Shown: positions 27,101 through 36,707 of the stretch, in pieces
Numbering within the stretch: position 1 is the first letter of the stretch
How the letters are laid out: every line of letters starts with the position of its first letter
Origin: Steroidobacteraceae bacterium
GTDB lineage: Bacteria; Pseudomonadota; Gammaproteobacteria; Steroidobacterales; Steroidobacteraceae
Reading direction: 5' to 3'
DNA: 64,000 bases
Assembly: GCA_035997505.1 (NCBI GenBank)
Contig: DASYIN010000011.1
Span: forward strand, 14,770-78,769
Made by a program: the position numbers and the translations under genes
Notes under the pieces: generated by a model
The model's input: the letters and a program-made list of their open reading frames with translations, nothing else
Told to the model about the DNA's origin: nothing
Database searches by the model: none

Positions 27101-29004
27101 TCGCGGTCCAGCGCCTCGGTCGCGATCGCGGGAGCGGCGTGCATGACGAGTTCCAGATCCTGGATCCAGCCGCGCCGGCCGCCCGCGAATTCCAGTTCAT
27201 AAGGCCGCTCCGCGATGACTTTCAGACCCATGTTCTCGAGCATGGGCAACAAGTCTGAAATCGGAATCGCATCCTGGCCGCGAAAGATCTTCAGGAAGAA
27301 TTTATCCTTGCGCTTCGGATCCGGCCTGTAGATGTCCAAGTGCAGGCGTGCGGGTTCCTTCTCCATCGATTCGAGAAAGGAGACATCGAGCGCCGCGGCA
27401 TCGCCCAGGAAATCCTCGGTGTAGGCGGCGGGAAAGGCCTGGGCATACTTGTCGTACAACTGCAGCGCATAGGCTTCGTCAAAGCGCGCGAGCAGACCGG
27501 TCTTGAAGGAATCCAACCACGAGCGCACGGCCGCGGCGACGCGGCGCTCCAGAACGTCGGAATCGACATGCACGATTTCCGAGGGCAGCGTTCGCGCGAC
27601 GATGTGGATGCGGGCGAGATTCGATTCGGCGATCTGCACCTGGGATTCCATGCTGACCGCGGAGAACGCTTCGCGTATTACCCGCTCGATACGCTGACGA
27701 ACCTGCGTGTTGTATTTCTCGCGCGGTACGAAGACCAGGCAGGAGTAAAAGCGGTGAAACAGGTCGCGGCGCAGCAGCACTCGAACGCGAGGCCGCTCCT
27801 GCAGGCCGAAAATCCCCGTGACGATGCGGGTGAGCTCCGGCACGTTCGCCTGGAACAGCTCATCGCGCGGAAAGGATTCCAGAATGTGCTGCAGCGCCTT
27901 GCCGTCGTGGCTATCGGGCGGCAGTGCGAAGTGTTCCGCCACTTGCGCGATTTTCTGGCGCAGCAGCGGAATTTCACGCGGATTGCTGTTGTACGCGGCG
28001 GAGGTCCATAACCCCAGGAAGCGCCGTTCACCGATCAAGCGTCCCTTCGGGTCGAATTGTTTGATACCGACATAGTCCAGGTAGCCGGCGCGGTGCACGG
28101 TGGAGAGCGAGTTGGCCTTGGTGACCAGGCTCAAGTTGCGCGAGCGGCTTTGTCTGCGGATGTCGCTGCTCAGAACGCGAGTCGTGCTTTCGGTTTTTCT
28201 GTGCCCGGCACGCAGGATCCCCAGGCCCGTGGGCATGACCGGCTCCAGCATTTCGCGGCCTTTGCCGCCGCGCAGGCGGTATTCGCGGTAGCCAAAAAAG
28301 GTGAAGTGGCGATTTTCCATCCAATCGAGCAGTGCGCAGGTCTCGCTCAAGTCGTCCGCATCGACGCGCGCGCTCATCAAGCTCAAATCCTGCACAGCGC
28401 CGCGCGCAGCGGCCCGCATGGCCTCCCAATCCGCGCACGCCGCGCGCACGTCGCGCATGCTGCGCTCGATCTGTGCGGCCAGGGATTTCAATGCCGCGGG
28501 ATCGACGATTCGATCAACCTCGACATGCTGAAAGGATTCCAGGCGCTGTTTCGCGCCCGCGGACGGTTCGGCGCGCTTCTCGAGCGCGCTCAAATTGCCG
28601 CCGCGGTCGCGCACAACCGCGAATATCGGATGCGACAGGAAATGCAGGGTCAGCGCGCGTTCGGTCAGCGCGAGGCCGACCGAATCGACCAGGAAGGGCA
28701 TGTCATCGTTGATGACTTCGATGACGGTGTGCGGAGAGACGAAGCCGTGCTCGCGCAGCGTGGGGTTGAATACCCGCACCAGCGCGGCCCTGCCCCGCTG
28801 CATCGCGAACATCAGGTGCGAGAGCGCCGCGCCGGCGAGATCCTTCGCATCCCGGTCCGCGAGGTCGCTCATGTCCACATGGGCAAAGTAGGTCTGCAGA
28901 TACCGCCGCCAGTCCACCCCGCGCACGGATTTGGGCGGACGCACCGGGCTGCGCAAAATCGCGGAAATGAGGCTGCGATGCTGTTCTGAAGAAACCTGGT
29001 ACAT
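24181..29004 (-). CDS. gdhB: large NAD-specific glutamate dehydrogenase (about 180 kDa class)
   Basis: 1607 aa. The central catalytic region (RGGIRWSDR..., VPVGAKGGFV, VVAADKGTATFSD) is typical of the bacterial NAD-GDH family. Confidence 0.93.
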   Translation of the reverse strand: MYQVSSEQHRSLISAILRSPVRPPKSVRGVDWRRYLQTYFAHVDMSDLADRDAKDLAGAALSHLMFAMQRGRAALVRVFNPTLREHGFVSPHTVIEVINDDMPFLVDSVGLALTERALTLHFLSHPIFAVVRDRGGNLSALEKRAEPSAGAKQRLESFQHVEVDRIVDPAALKSLAAQIERSMRDVRAACADWEAMRAAARGAVQDLSLMSARVDADDLSETCALLDWMENRHFTFFGYREYRLRGGKGREMLEPVMPTGLGILRAGHRKTESTTRVLSSDIRRQSRSRNLSLVTKANSLSTVHRAGYLDYVGIKQFDPKGRLIGERRFLGLWTSAAYNSNPREIPLLRQKIAQVAEHFALPPDSHDGKALQHILESFPRDELFQANVPELTRIVTGIFGLQERPRVRVLLRRDLFHRFYSCLVFVPREKYNTQVRQRIERVIREAFSAVSMESQVQIAESNLARIHIVARTLPSEIVHVDSDVLERRVAAAVRSWLDSFKTGLLARFDEAYALQLYDKYAQAFPAAYTEDFLGDAAALDVSFLESMEKEPARLHLDIYRPDPKRKDKFFLKIFRGQDAIPISDLLPMLENMGLKVIAERPYELEFAGGRRGWIQDLELVMHAAPAIATEALDREIKSAFTAVWTGRMDNDSFNQLTLSAGIPWRMVTVLRAYCRYLLQTGLPFSQGYIAQVLENNAPISRLLADVFTARFDPQLQAAVRSRSLARLGRDILSALEEVTRSDEDRILRALWNALSATVRTNAFQPYASGQLKEYLSFKIESQQLRELPLPKPLFEVFVFSPRMEGVHLRMGHVARGGIRWSDRREDFRTEVLGLMKAQQVKNTVIVPVGAKGGFVVRRLPPEREAQQAEVIACYQTLIRGLLDVTDNIVDEKIVPPRMVVRHDKDDAYLVVAADKGTATFSDIANAISQEYSFWLGDAFASGGSAGYDHKKMAITARGAWECVKRHFREIGVDIQTQNFSVCGIGDMAGDVFGNGMLQSPHIRLIAAFNHQHIFIDPQPDAARSFAERQRLFKLPRSSWDDYSRKAISKGGGVYSRSTKNLSLSREAQTLLELPAQATPNEVIKAILKAHVDLLWNGGIGTYVKASSESHSDVGDRSNDAVRIDARELNCKVIGEGGNLGLSQLGRIEFARRGGRLNTDFIDNSAGVNTSDVEVNLKILLNGAVRAREITQPARNRLLVQMTDEVAGLVLRNNYLQGQAISMGEFQTRQLLSENAYVIRALERSGDLNRALEYLPSDEDIAERRQAGEGLTRPELAIVLSYGKIWFYRALIHSDVPEDPYLSTELNRYFPAPVQKRFARRIRRHRLRREIIATAITNSLINRMGPVFPVRAQDDTGADPAAIARAYSIAREVFAVRNIWAQIEALDNHIPASVQYTAMFQTTRLLRHMSYWLLENRRNDLDIKRAVSRYAGKVSELFHELAGVLGVTQKARMSALRSQLVEQRVPEHLAVRIASLEELHSALDLVEVSRTARVRIGYAARAYFDLGERIGLTWIKEQIESLAADGHWQGVARGTLRENLYALQGQITLQVLRCKGREPAARVDQWLSRHSVSVDSLKRLVADLRTGSPPDFATISVALQAVRRLAQD

Positions 29005-29054
29005 ATCCTGATCCCTTGGGTGTCAGGCGCGAATTATGCCAGTCCGCGACGATT

Positions 29055-30170
29055 TCAGGGACGGTGTTGTCCCGCGAGGTATTGCTGCGTCTGCATTTCC
29101 ACGAGGCGGCTTGCTGCGCGTAAAAATTCCAATTGCAATCGTTCGCCGTGATAGAGCGATACCGGTGCGGCGGCGGCCGATACTACTACATTGACATTTC
29201 GATCGTAGAATTCATCGACGAGCATGATGAAGCGGCGCGCGGCATTTTCATTGCCGCGGGTGAACTCCGGGATATTCGAAATGAACACGGTGTGATACAG
29301 ACGCGCAAGCTCGATGTAGTCATTTTGACTGCGCGGTCCTTCGCAAATGTCTTTGAACTCAAACCACACCATGCCGGCGCCGGTTGCCTGGGCCTTGATG
29401 TGCCGATTTTCCACCGACAGCGTCGTGGGGCCGGCGGCGCTGTCGCCTGCAAGCGCCGCGAAGCGCTGCTTGAGCTGCGCCGCGGTTCCCGGCAACTTCG
29501 AATCCAGATAAGTCGGTGCCTGCTCCAATTGCCGCAAGCGGTAATCGATGCCGCCGTCCAGATGCAGTACCTCGACGTGGCTTTGAAGCATTTCGATGGC
29601 GGGAAGAAATCGCTGCCGCTGCAGCCCGTCCTTGTACAGCTCCTGCGGCGCAGTGTTGGACGTTGCCACCAGTGTCACGCCGCGGCTGAACAAGCCCGCG
29701 AAGAGTCCTCCCAAAAGCATCGCATCGGCAATGTCGGACACGAAAAACTCGTCCAGACACAGCACGCGCAGCCGCGCGGCCAGGCGCTCGGCGACGGTGT
29801 CGAGCGGGTCGGCGCGGCTTTTGACCTTGCGCAGTTCCGCATGCACCTGGCGCATGAAGCGGTAGTAGTGCGAGCGCTCGCCGAGTTGCAAGGGCAGCGA
29901 TTGGAAGAACAGGTCCATCAAGAGAGTCTTGCCGCGGCCAACACCGCCCCACAGGTACAGGCCGCGCAAGGGCGTCTCGGCGGGCGCCGCCGCGAGGCGC
30001 CGCAGCTGCGTGCGCAGCTTGTGGCTGATGGATTGCGACTGCTCAGCCAGACGCGAGCGCAAATCATCGAGCCGCGCGGCGGCCTCAAGTTGAGCCGCGT
30101 CAAACTCGAGCCGATGCGCCGTGGTTTCGGCGGTTAGGCGTGCTGCAATCGACGGACGTTCTTTAGACAA
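29055..30170 (-). CDS. zapE: cell division protein ZapE (AFG1-like ATPase)
   Basis: Walker A GGVGRGKT, Walker B LCLDEFFV. The TTG start at 30170 gives ~371 aa and avoids overlap with the upstream gene. Confidence 0.85.
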   Translation of the reverse strand: MSKERPSIAARLTAETTAHRLEFDAAQLEAAARLDDLRSRLAEQSQSISHKLRTQLRRLAAAPAETPLRGLYLWGGVGRGKTLLMDLFFQSLPLQLGERSHYYRFMRQVHAELRKVKSRADPLDTVAERLAARLRVLCLDEFFVSDIADAMLLGGLFAGLFSRGVTLVATSNTAPQELYKDGLQRQRFLPAIEMLQSHVEVLHLDGGIDYRLRQLEQAPTYLDSKLPGTAAQLKQRFAALAGDSAAGPTTLSVENRHIKAQATGAGMVWFEFKDICEGPRSQNDYIELARLYHTVFISNIPEFTRGNENAARRFIMLVDEFYDRNVNVVVSAAAAPVSLYHGERLQLEFLRAASRLVEMQTQQYLAGQHRP

Positions 30171-30183
30171 TCGATCTTTGTTC

Positions 30184-31812
30184 TTAGAGGCTTTGGTAGT
30201 TGGGGCCGGAACCGCCTTCCGGAGTAACCCAGGTGATCTGCCCTGCGTAGGGTTCCTTGATGTCGCATGCTTTGCAGTGGACGCAATTCGACGCGTTGAT
30301 CTGCAATTTTTGACCGCCGCTGCCGTCCGCAATCATTTCATAGACGTTCGCGGGACAGAAATTGGTGCAGGGATTGCCGAAATCCTTGATGCAGCGGGTC
30401 GCGCACAAGGTGGTGTCCGCCACGTGCAGGTGCACCGGTTGATTTTCATCATGCGTGGTGGAGGCAAAAAACACCGATGCCACGCGATCACGCGGCGGCA
30501 GCTCCCGATCGCTCCAGCCGCGGTCGGGCGAGACGTATTCATCGAGACGTTTGAGTGCCCTGTCGTCGGCGTGATTGGCCAAGGTCCACGGTGCCTTCCC
30601 CAAGGTGATGGTCTCAAAACCAAAATTCACCGTTCCCAGCAGAAGCCCCCGGCGGAAACCCGGCCGGATATTGCGCACCTTGTATAGCTCGCGGCCGCCG
30701 CGGGACTCGCGCCAACGCTTGTCGAACCCGGCACTCGAGCCGGTTTCGACATAGTGGGCAGCCGCGGTCACCCCAGAGCGAATCGCCTGATGGATGCCCT
30801 TGATCTTCGGCATGTTGAGCGTGCCGCCGGCATCGCCAACCAGCAAGGCGCCAGGCATTTCCAGCGTCGGCATGGATTGATATCCGCCTTCAATAATGGT
30901 GCGCGCGCCGCCCGCGATGATTTCGCCGCCCTTCAGCAGGCTCTTGATGTCCGGATGATTCTTCCATTGCTGAAACGCCTCGAAGGGCTTGAAGCGCGGG
31001 TCCGCGTAGTCCAAACCGACCACGAAGCCGACGTAAACGCGATCTTTATTCAGGTGATAGAGAAAGCTCCCGCCGTAAATGCTGTTATCGAGCGGCCATC
31101 CGGCAGTGTGCTGGATGAGACCGGGCTGTACGCGCCCCGGCGGTAACTGCCACATTTCCTTGAGCCCCAAGCCATAGGTTTGGGGCGATTTTCCGGCATC
31201 GAGCTTGTAGCGGGCGATCAACTGCTTGGAGGTGCTGCCGCGGCAACCCTCGCACAGCATGGTGATCTTGGCGTGAATTTCCGGACCCAGAGCAAAATTG
31301 GGGCCGGGCGCGCCGCTCTTTTCAACCCCCATATCACCGATGCGAACGCCCTTGACGGCGCCGGTGGCGTCGAAGAGCGCCTCCGCGGCCGCAAAGCCCG
31401 GGAACACGTCAACACCCAGTTTTTCGGCCTCAGCACCCAAAATCGTCACGAGTTGGCCCAGGGAGACGATCAAATTGCCGTGGTTGTTCATTTGCGGTGG
31501 GGTAATCGGTGAGCGATAACGCTTGTTGCGCGTCATGAACAGAAAATCGTCGCGTGTGGCGGGGACGCAGATGTCGGGCGGATTCTCGCGCCACTGCGGC
31601 AGCAATTCGTCCAGGGGCCCCGGCTCCATGACGGCGCCGGAGAGGGAGTGAGCGCCCAAACTTGCGGCTTTCTCCAGCACGCAAATGGTTAAGTCCGGTT
31701 TGAGCTGCTTGAGCCGGATCGCACATGCCAGCCCTGCGGGGCCCGCACCCACAATGGCGACCTCGTACTCCATGACATCACGTTGGCTTTCGCTCATTAA
31801 CTTAGGCACCAA
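30184..31812 (-). CDS. electron transfer flavoprotein-ubiquinone oxidoreductase
   Basis: FAD motif VAIVGAGPAG and a C-terminal 4Fe-4S ferredoxin-like segment (CPANVYE...CVHCKACDIK). The start may be the ATG five codons downstream of the first one. Confidence 0.92.
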   Translation of the reverse strand: MVPKLMSESQRDVMEYEVAIVGAGPAGLACAIRLKQLKPDLTICVLEKAASLGAHSLSGAVMEPGPLDELLPQWRENPPDICVPATRDDFLFMTRNKRYRSPITPPQMNNHGNLIVSLGQLVTILGAEAEKLGVDVFPGFAAAEALFDATGAVKGVRIGDMGVEKSGAPGPNFALGPEIHAKITMLCEGCRGSTSKQLIARYKLDAGKSPQTYGLGLKEMWQLPPGRVQPGLIQHTAGWPLDNSIYGGSFLYHLNKDRVYVGFVVGLDYADPRFKPFEAFQQWKNHPDIKSLLKGGEIIAGGARTIIEGGYQSMPTLEMPGALLVGDAGGTLNMPKIKGIHQAIRSGVTAAAHYVETGSSAGFDKRWRESRGGRELYKVRNIRPGFRRGLLLGTVNFGFETITLGKAPWTLANHADDRALKRLDEYVSPDRGWSDRELPPRDRVASVFFASTTHDENQPVHLHVADTTLCATRCIKDFGNPCTNFCPANVYEMIADGSGGQKLQINASNCVHCKACDIKEPYAGQITWVTPEGGSGPNYQSL

Positions 31813-32036
31813 AATCGCGATAAACGCATGAAAAATCGCGGCTTAGTAGATCACAAACCACCATTAGGCGGGGAGCCGTCCAACAGGCGGACAAGATCGT
31901 GAGGGAATTCGCCCTCGAGTGTCGCTTACCTAGTGGGGACTACCATGTTGACAGGCCACGGACGCCGTCTTCCAGGATGGCCAAAGGATTGGGCATGGCA
32001 CGGGCAAGGACGCCCACCCCGTTTTGCGGCAGCCGA

Positions 32037-32831
32037 TCAGTCCTGCCGCCAAGATGCCTTGCGTTTGGCAAAGAACGCGGCAAAACCCTCCTGCGCCTCC
32101 GCCTGCACCCGCAGGCGCGCAAGCCGTGTGGCCATTTCAACGGCCGCCGCGCCGCGTCGCGCAGCGGCTTGCGGGGCGTCGCGAACCAGTTGCTTGGCGG
32201 CCGTTTGCGCCCCGGGCGCACCTTTCAGGATGGCATCGATGAGACGCGCGCAGGTGGCGTCGAGCAGGTCGGTGGTCACGACCTCGTGAGCGAGTCCGAC
32301 TTCCTTCAACGCCGCCGCGCTTATGGTCTCGGCGGTGAGAAAGTAGCGCCGCGCCGCGCTTTCGCTGATCTTGCCCAATACAAAGGGGGAAACCACGGCG
32401 GGGATGATGCCGAGGCGAACTTCCGTGAAAGCGAATTTTGCGATGGCGTCGACGACGACGATGTCGCAGGCGGCAATCAGTCCCAATGCCCCGCCGTAGC
32501 CGTCGCCGTTGACCCGCGCCAACGTGGGTTTTGGAAATGAATCCAAAGACCCCAGCAGCCGCGCGAGTTTTTCCGCATGGGCCACGTTGTCGGCTTCCGA
32601 GGCGCCAGCCTGCGCCTGCATCTCGGCCAGGTCGGCTCCTGCGCAAAACACTTCTCCCGCGCCCGTCAGTTGCAGCACCCGCACCTGCGCATCGCCCGCG
32701 CACCGCTCGAGCGCCGCACCCAGCGCCGCAATGGTTGCGCTGTCGAGTGCATTGCGCTTCTCCGGGCGATTGAGCGCAACCCGCGCAACACCACCCGACA
32801 CCGCCGTAGTGACCGGCGTGCCGCCGCTCAC
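32037..32831 (-). CDS. enoyl-CoA hydratase/isomerase (crotonase) family protein
   Basis: The GTG start forms a GTGA overlap with the thiolase stop. Crotonase pattern (RPEKRNAL, FCAGADL, INGDGYGGALGL); ~264 aa. Confidence 0.85.
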   Translation of the reverse strand: MSGGTPVTTAVSGGVARVALNRPEKRNALDSATIAALGAALERCAGDAQVRVLQLTGAGEVFCAGADLAEMQAQAGASEADNVAHAEKLARLLGSLDSFPKPTLARVNGDGYGGALGLIAACDIVVVDAIAKFAFTEVRLGIIPAVVSPFVLGKISESAARRYFLTAETISAAALKEVGLAHEVVTTDLLDATCARLIDAILKGAPGAQTAAKQLVRDAPQAAARRGAAAVEMATRLARLRVQAEAQEGFAAFFAKRKASWRQD

Positions 32832-34009
32832 ATGAGTTCTACGGCAATCGCGGTCGCTTCGCCGCCGCCGATGCACAGGCTGGCGATGCCGCGCTTTTTG
32901 CCGCGCGCTTTCAGCGCATACAGCAACGTGGTGAGGATGCGCGCACCGGTTGCGCCGATCGGATGGCCGAGCGCGCACGCGCCGCCGTTGACATTGACTT
33001 TGCCGTGTTCCAGCGACAAATCCTTCATGGCCGCCATCGTCACCGCGGCAAAGGCTTCGTTGATCTCGAAAAGATCAACGTCCTTGGCCGACCAATTGAG
33101 CTGCTTGAGCAGTTTTTGCATGGCGCCCACCGGCGCCAAGGTGAACCATTCCGGTTCGCGCGCAAAACTGGTGTATCCCATGATTTTCGCCAAGGGCTGC
33201 AAATTTTTGGATACCGCAAAGGACTCGCGCGCCAGGACCACGGCTGCCGCGCCGTCGGAAATTCCCGAAGAGCTGGCCGCGGTCACGGTGCCGTCCTTTT
33301 TGAAAGCCGGCTTCAAGGTGGGAATCTTGGCGATATCGAGCGTGAAGGGCGTTTCATCCTTGTCGACGACGACCTCGCCCTTGCGGGTCTTGGCCGTGAC
33401 GGGTGCAACCTCGGCCTTGAAAGCGCCCTCGTTCACGGCGGCCAAAGCGCGCCGCACCGATTCGGCGGCGAACTCATCCTGCGCCTGCCGTGTAAATCCG
33501 TACTTCTCAGAGGTGGCATCAGCAAAGCAGCCCATGAGCTGTCCATCCCAGGGACTTTGCAAGCCGTCGAAAAACATATGATCCAACACTTCTTGGTTGC
33601 CCATGCGGTAGCCCGCGCGGGCTTTGGGCAGTAAATACGGCGCGTTACTCATCGATTCGATGCCGCCCGCCACCACGACCTGGGCGTTGCCGGCGAGTAT
33701 CTGGTCTGCGCCCTGCATGACGGCGCGCATCGCGGAGCCGCACATTTTGTTGACCGTGGTGCTGGGCGTGCTCGCGGGCAACCCGGCGCCCAGCGCTGCC
33801 TGGCGTGCCGGTGCCTGGCCGAGCCCGGCCGACAGAACGCATCCCATGATGACTTCGTCGACTTCGGCAGCTTTAACACCCGAGTCCGCCAGAGCGGCCT
33901 TGATAGCGACGGCGCCAAGCTGCGGTGCAGTGAGGGCGGCCAGAGCACCCTGAAAGGCACCGACCGGTGTGCGACGAGCGCTCAATATGACGACAGGATC
34001 CGATTTCAT
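32828..34009 (-). CDS. acetyl-CoA C-acetyltransferase (thiolase II)
   Basis: NKMCGSAM acyl-Cys, GGACALGHPIGATG and CIGGGEA motifs; 393 aa. Confidence 0.93.
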   Translation of the reverse strand: MKSDPVVILSARRTPVGAFQGALAALTAPQLGAVAIKAALADSGVKAAEVDEVIMGCVLSAGLGQAPARQAALGAGLPASTPSTTVNKMCGSAMRAVMQGADQILAGNAQVVVAGGIESMSNAPYLLPKARAGYRMGNQEVLDHMFFDGLQSPWDGQLMGCFADATSEKYGFTRQAQDEFAAESVRRALAAVNEGAFKAEVAPVTAKTRKGEVVVDKDETPFTLDIAKIPTLKPAFKKDGTVTAASSSGISDGAAAVVLARESFAVSKNLQPLAKIMGYTSFAREPEWFTLAPVGAMQKLLKQLNWSAKDVDLFEINEAFAAVTMAAMKDLSLEHGKVNVNGGACALGHPIGATGARILTTLLYALKARGKKRGIASLCIGGGEATAIAVELM

Positions 34010-34059
34010 GATTTATTCCGTGATGTGCGAACTCAATATTATAGCCGCGACGCCCATCT

Positions 34060-34767
34060 TCAAGGCGCCAGCGGATCTCCCACCGCTTGCGCGATGAGTT
34101 CGCGGCTCTTGAGGCGCGCTTCATCCGCGGCAAGTACGGCGAGAACCTCCACCTTGATGGGTCGACGGTGGATCGATGGGCTCCCCGGGGGCATGACGTC
34201 GCGCGTGCCGTGAATGGCGACGGCGACCACCGGCATTTGGGCCCGTGCCGCGGTGGTGAACGCCCCGCCCAAGAATTTGCCGATCCTTCGAGTTTCATCG
34301 AAGGTGCCCTCGGGAAAAAACATGAGGGACTGGCCGGTTGCAGCCAGCTTCAGCACCCGACGCGTGTCGCTCGCGCCCTTGTGACGGTCAAACCGTTCGA
34401 CGAATTGGGAGCCCAAGCGCCGGAGCAGCAGCCCGGCCAGGGGAACACGCACCATCTCCTTCTTGATGACGAAGGCGAACTCGGGCGGCAGTGCCGCAAC
34501 GATGGCGATGGCGTCAATGTAGCTGGCGTGGTTGGCCACGACCACGCAGGGGGTGCTCGGCAAGCGCTCCAACCCCGAGACTTTGAACGGGATGCCCGCC
34601 AGCCAAAGGAATACGCGGCCGAACGTGCCGGCCACCACGCGGCGCTGGCGCAGGTTGGGCAGGAACAGATTGATTGCCAGCACCGCCAATCCCAGCAGGG
34701 TAAAGCACACCAGGCAATAGGCCATGTACGGCAAATTGAGCACTGCGGACGTCCCCGAATGCTTCAC
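34060..34767 (-). CDS. 1-acyl-sn-glycerol-3-phosphate acyltransferase family protein
   Basis: N-terminal TM helix, HxxxxD motif (NHASYID) and FPEGT motif. Confidence 0.85.
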   Translation of the reverse strand: MKHSGTSAVLNLPYMAYCLVCFTLLGLAVLAINLFLPNLRQRRVVAGTFGRVFLWLAGIPFKVSGLERLPSTPCVVVANHASYIDAIAIVAALPPEFAFVIKKEMVRVPLAGLLLRRLGSQFVERFDRHKGASDTRRVLKLAATGQSLMFFPEGTFDETRRIGKFLGGAFTTAARAQMPVVAVAIHGTRDVMPPGSPSIHRRPIKVEVLAVLAADEARLKSRELIAQAVGDPLAP

Positions 34768-34904
34768 TTCTGTGATCTGGTTCTCCTTATGTTAATACTT
34801 GACTGTACTGTGATTCTGGTCACGCCGACCTCCCAGCACCCCTCGCATACTGAGGACTGATAGCGCGGACAGCACTATTTCGTGCGTAACTTTCGCGAGA
34901 AACT

Positions 34905-35861
34905 ATGGCGACGGCTCTCAAACGGACGGTTTATACACGCACCTCGGGCTCAGCGGTACCCGCTGCCCGCGAGGCGGCGGATCCCGCCTTGCAACGCTTT
35001 CTGGATGCCGTGTGGATGGAACGCGGCCTCTCGGCGAATACCTTGGCGGCGTACCGGGCTGATTTGACCGCCTTGGCCCGATGGCTCGAGGAGCGAGACA
35101 GCGCATTGCTCAAGGCCACGCGCATCGAATTATTGGGTTTCATCGCGGCGCGCGTGGAGGGCGGATCGCGCCCCAGATCGACCGCGCGGCAATTGTCGAG
35201 CTTCCGCCGATTCTTCCGATTCATGATGCGCGAGGGAATGATTTCGGTGGATCCCACTGCACAAATCGCGATGCCGAAAATCGGCCGCTCGCTGCCGAAA
35301 TCGCTGAGCGAGGCTGAGGTGGATTCGCTGCTCGAAGCGCCCACGGTGTCCGATCCTTTGGGGCATCGCGACCGCACCATGCTGGAAGTGCTGTACGCCA
35401 CGGGTCTGCGGGTCTCGGAACTCGTGAGTTTGAAACACAATCAGGTGAACTTGAATCAAGGTGTGATGCGCGTTGTCGGCAAGGGCAATCGCGAACGCCT
35501 GATCCCGCTCGGCGAGGAAGCTGTGAAATGGCTGCAGCAATTCATGCAGGGCCCGCGGGTGGAAATTCTGCTGGAGCGCCAGACGGATTATTTGTTTCCG
35601 ACGCGCCGCGGCGATCGCATGACGCGCCAGGCGTTTTGGCACATCATCAAGCGCTACTCGAAAAAGGCCGGCGTCGAAAAGGAACTCTCGCCGCATACCC
35701 TGCGGCACGCCTTCGCGACGCATCTTTTGAACCACGGCGCGGATCTGCGCGTGGTGCAGATGCTCCTGGGTCACAGCGATCTGTCGACGACCCAGATCTA
35801 TACCCACGTCGCCCGCGAACGCTTGAAGGACCTGCACTCCCAACATCATCCGCGCGGCTAA
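34905..35861 (+). CDS. xerD: site-specific tyrosine recombinase XerD
   Basis: FLDAVWMERGLSANTLAAYRADL N-domain. Catalytic HTLRHAFATHLL and LGHSDLSTTQIYTHV. The start may be downstream of 34905. Confidence 0.9.
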   Translation: MATALKRTVYTRTSGSAVPAAREAADPALQRFLDAVWMERGLSANTLAAYRADLTALARWLEERDSALLKATRIELLGFIAARVEGGSRPRSTARQLSSFRRFFRFMMREGMISVDPTAQIAMPKIGRSLPKSLSEAEVDSLLEAPTVSDPLGHRDRTMLEVLYATGLRVSELVSLKHNQVNLNQGVMRVVGKGNRERLIPLGEEAVKWLQQFMQGPRVEILLERQTDYLFPTRRGDRMTRQAFWHIIKRYSKKAGVEKELSPHTLRHAFATHLLNHGADLRVVQMLLGHSDLSTTQIYTHVARERLKDLHSQHHPRG

Positions 35862-35951
35862 GCCTCAAAGCCGCGGGCGTGGGTCTGCTAGAATCTTAAA
35901 TGAACCTCCCCGTTCTTTAGGGGTCGTACGTCCTAGGTCCGTGGAGCCCGC

Positions 35952-36698
35952 ATGTTGCGATATGTCGCCATCTTATCCCTGATCATTTGCGCCGCAAATC
36001 CGAGCGCGCGCGCCGCTGCAGCCGATCAGCCCGCCGCCGATCCGCGCGTGGCGCTGCTCAAGCTGCTGCCGGCGGGAGCCAAGCTCGACGACCTGCGGCC
36101 CTCGCCGATCGCCGGCATCTACGAATTCACGCAAGGCGCCGAAATCAGCTATCTGACCGCCGACGGCAAGTATTTCATCGACGGCAATTTGTACGACATG
36201 AAGTCGCGCGACAACCTGACCGAGGAGCTGCGCACACATGCCCGCATCGCGTTGATCGAGGCCGTGCCTGAATCACAGATGCTGATCTTCTCGCCGCCGA
36301 ATCCGAAATACACCATCACGGTGTTTACGGACGTCGATTGCGCGTATTGCCGCAAACTGCACAGTCAAATGGCCGAGCTCAATAAACTGGGAATCCGCGT
36401 GCGCTACATGTTCTTTCCGCGCACCGGTCCCGGGACTGAAAGCTGGAAGAAGGCCGAAGTCGTTTGGTGCTCACCGAATCGCAACGAAGCGTTGACGCGG
36501 GCGAAAGCCGGCGCCACGCTGGATATGAACAAGGTTTGCGCGCCGACGCCGGTGAAGCGCGAGTACGAACTGGGCGAAAATATCGGTGTACGCGGCACGC
36601 CGGCGATTTTCACCGAACGCGGCGATTATATTTCCGGCTACATGGAGCCGCACGAGCTGCTCGATCAGCTGAAAGAGTCGCAGGTGGCGAAGCGCTGA
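35952..36698 (+). CDS. dsbC: thiol:disulfide interchange protein DsbC
   Basis: Signal peptide, dimerisation domain, and thioredoxin fold with CAYC active site. Confidence 0.88.
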   Translation: MLRYVAILSLIICAANPSARAAAADQPAADPRVALLKLLPAGAKLDDLRPSPIAGIYEFTQGAEISYLTADGKYFIDGNLYDMKSRDNLTEELRTHARIALIEAVPESQMLIFSPPNPKYTITVFTDVDCAYCRKLHSQMAELNKLGIRVRYMFFPRTGPGTESWKKAEVVWCSPNRNEALTRAKAGATLDMNKVCAPTPVKREYELGENIGVRGTPAIFTERGDYISGYMEPHELLDQLKESQVAKR

Positions 36699-36707
36699 TC
36701 TGATGCG

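Noticed and set aside
31899-32540. 213-aa plus-strand ORF and overlapping ORFs in the ETF-QO / crotonase spacer
   Set aside because: Mostly antisense to the enoyl-CoA hydratase gene, with no motifs. The 224-nt spacer itself shows no convincing small gene.
34905-35861. Tyrosine recombinase as a marker of an integrated mobile element
   Set aside because: The sequence is XerD-type (chromosome dimer resolution) in its usual position upstream of dsbC. No flanking direct repeats, phage or transposon genes are visible, and the nearby tRNA-Leu (41763-41850) has no duplicated 3-prime segment that I could see.
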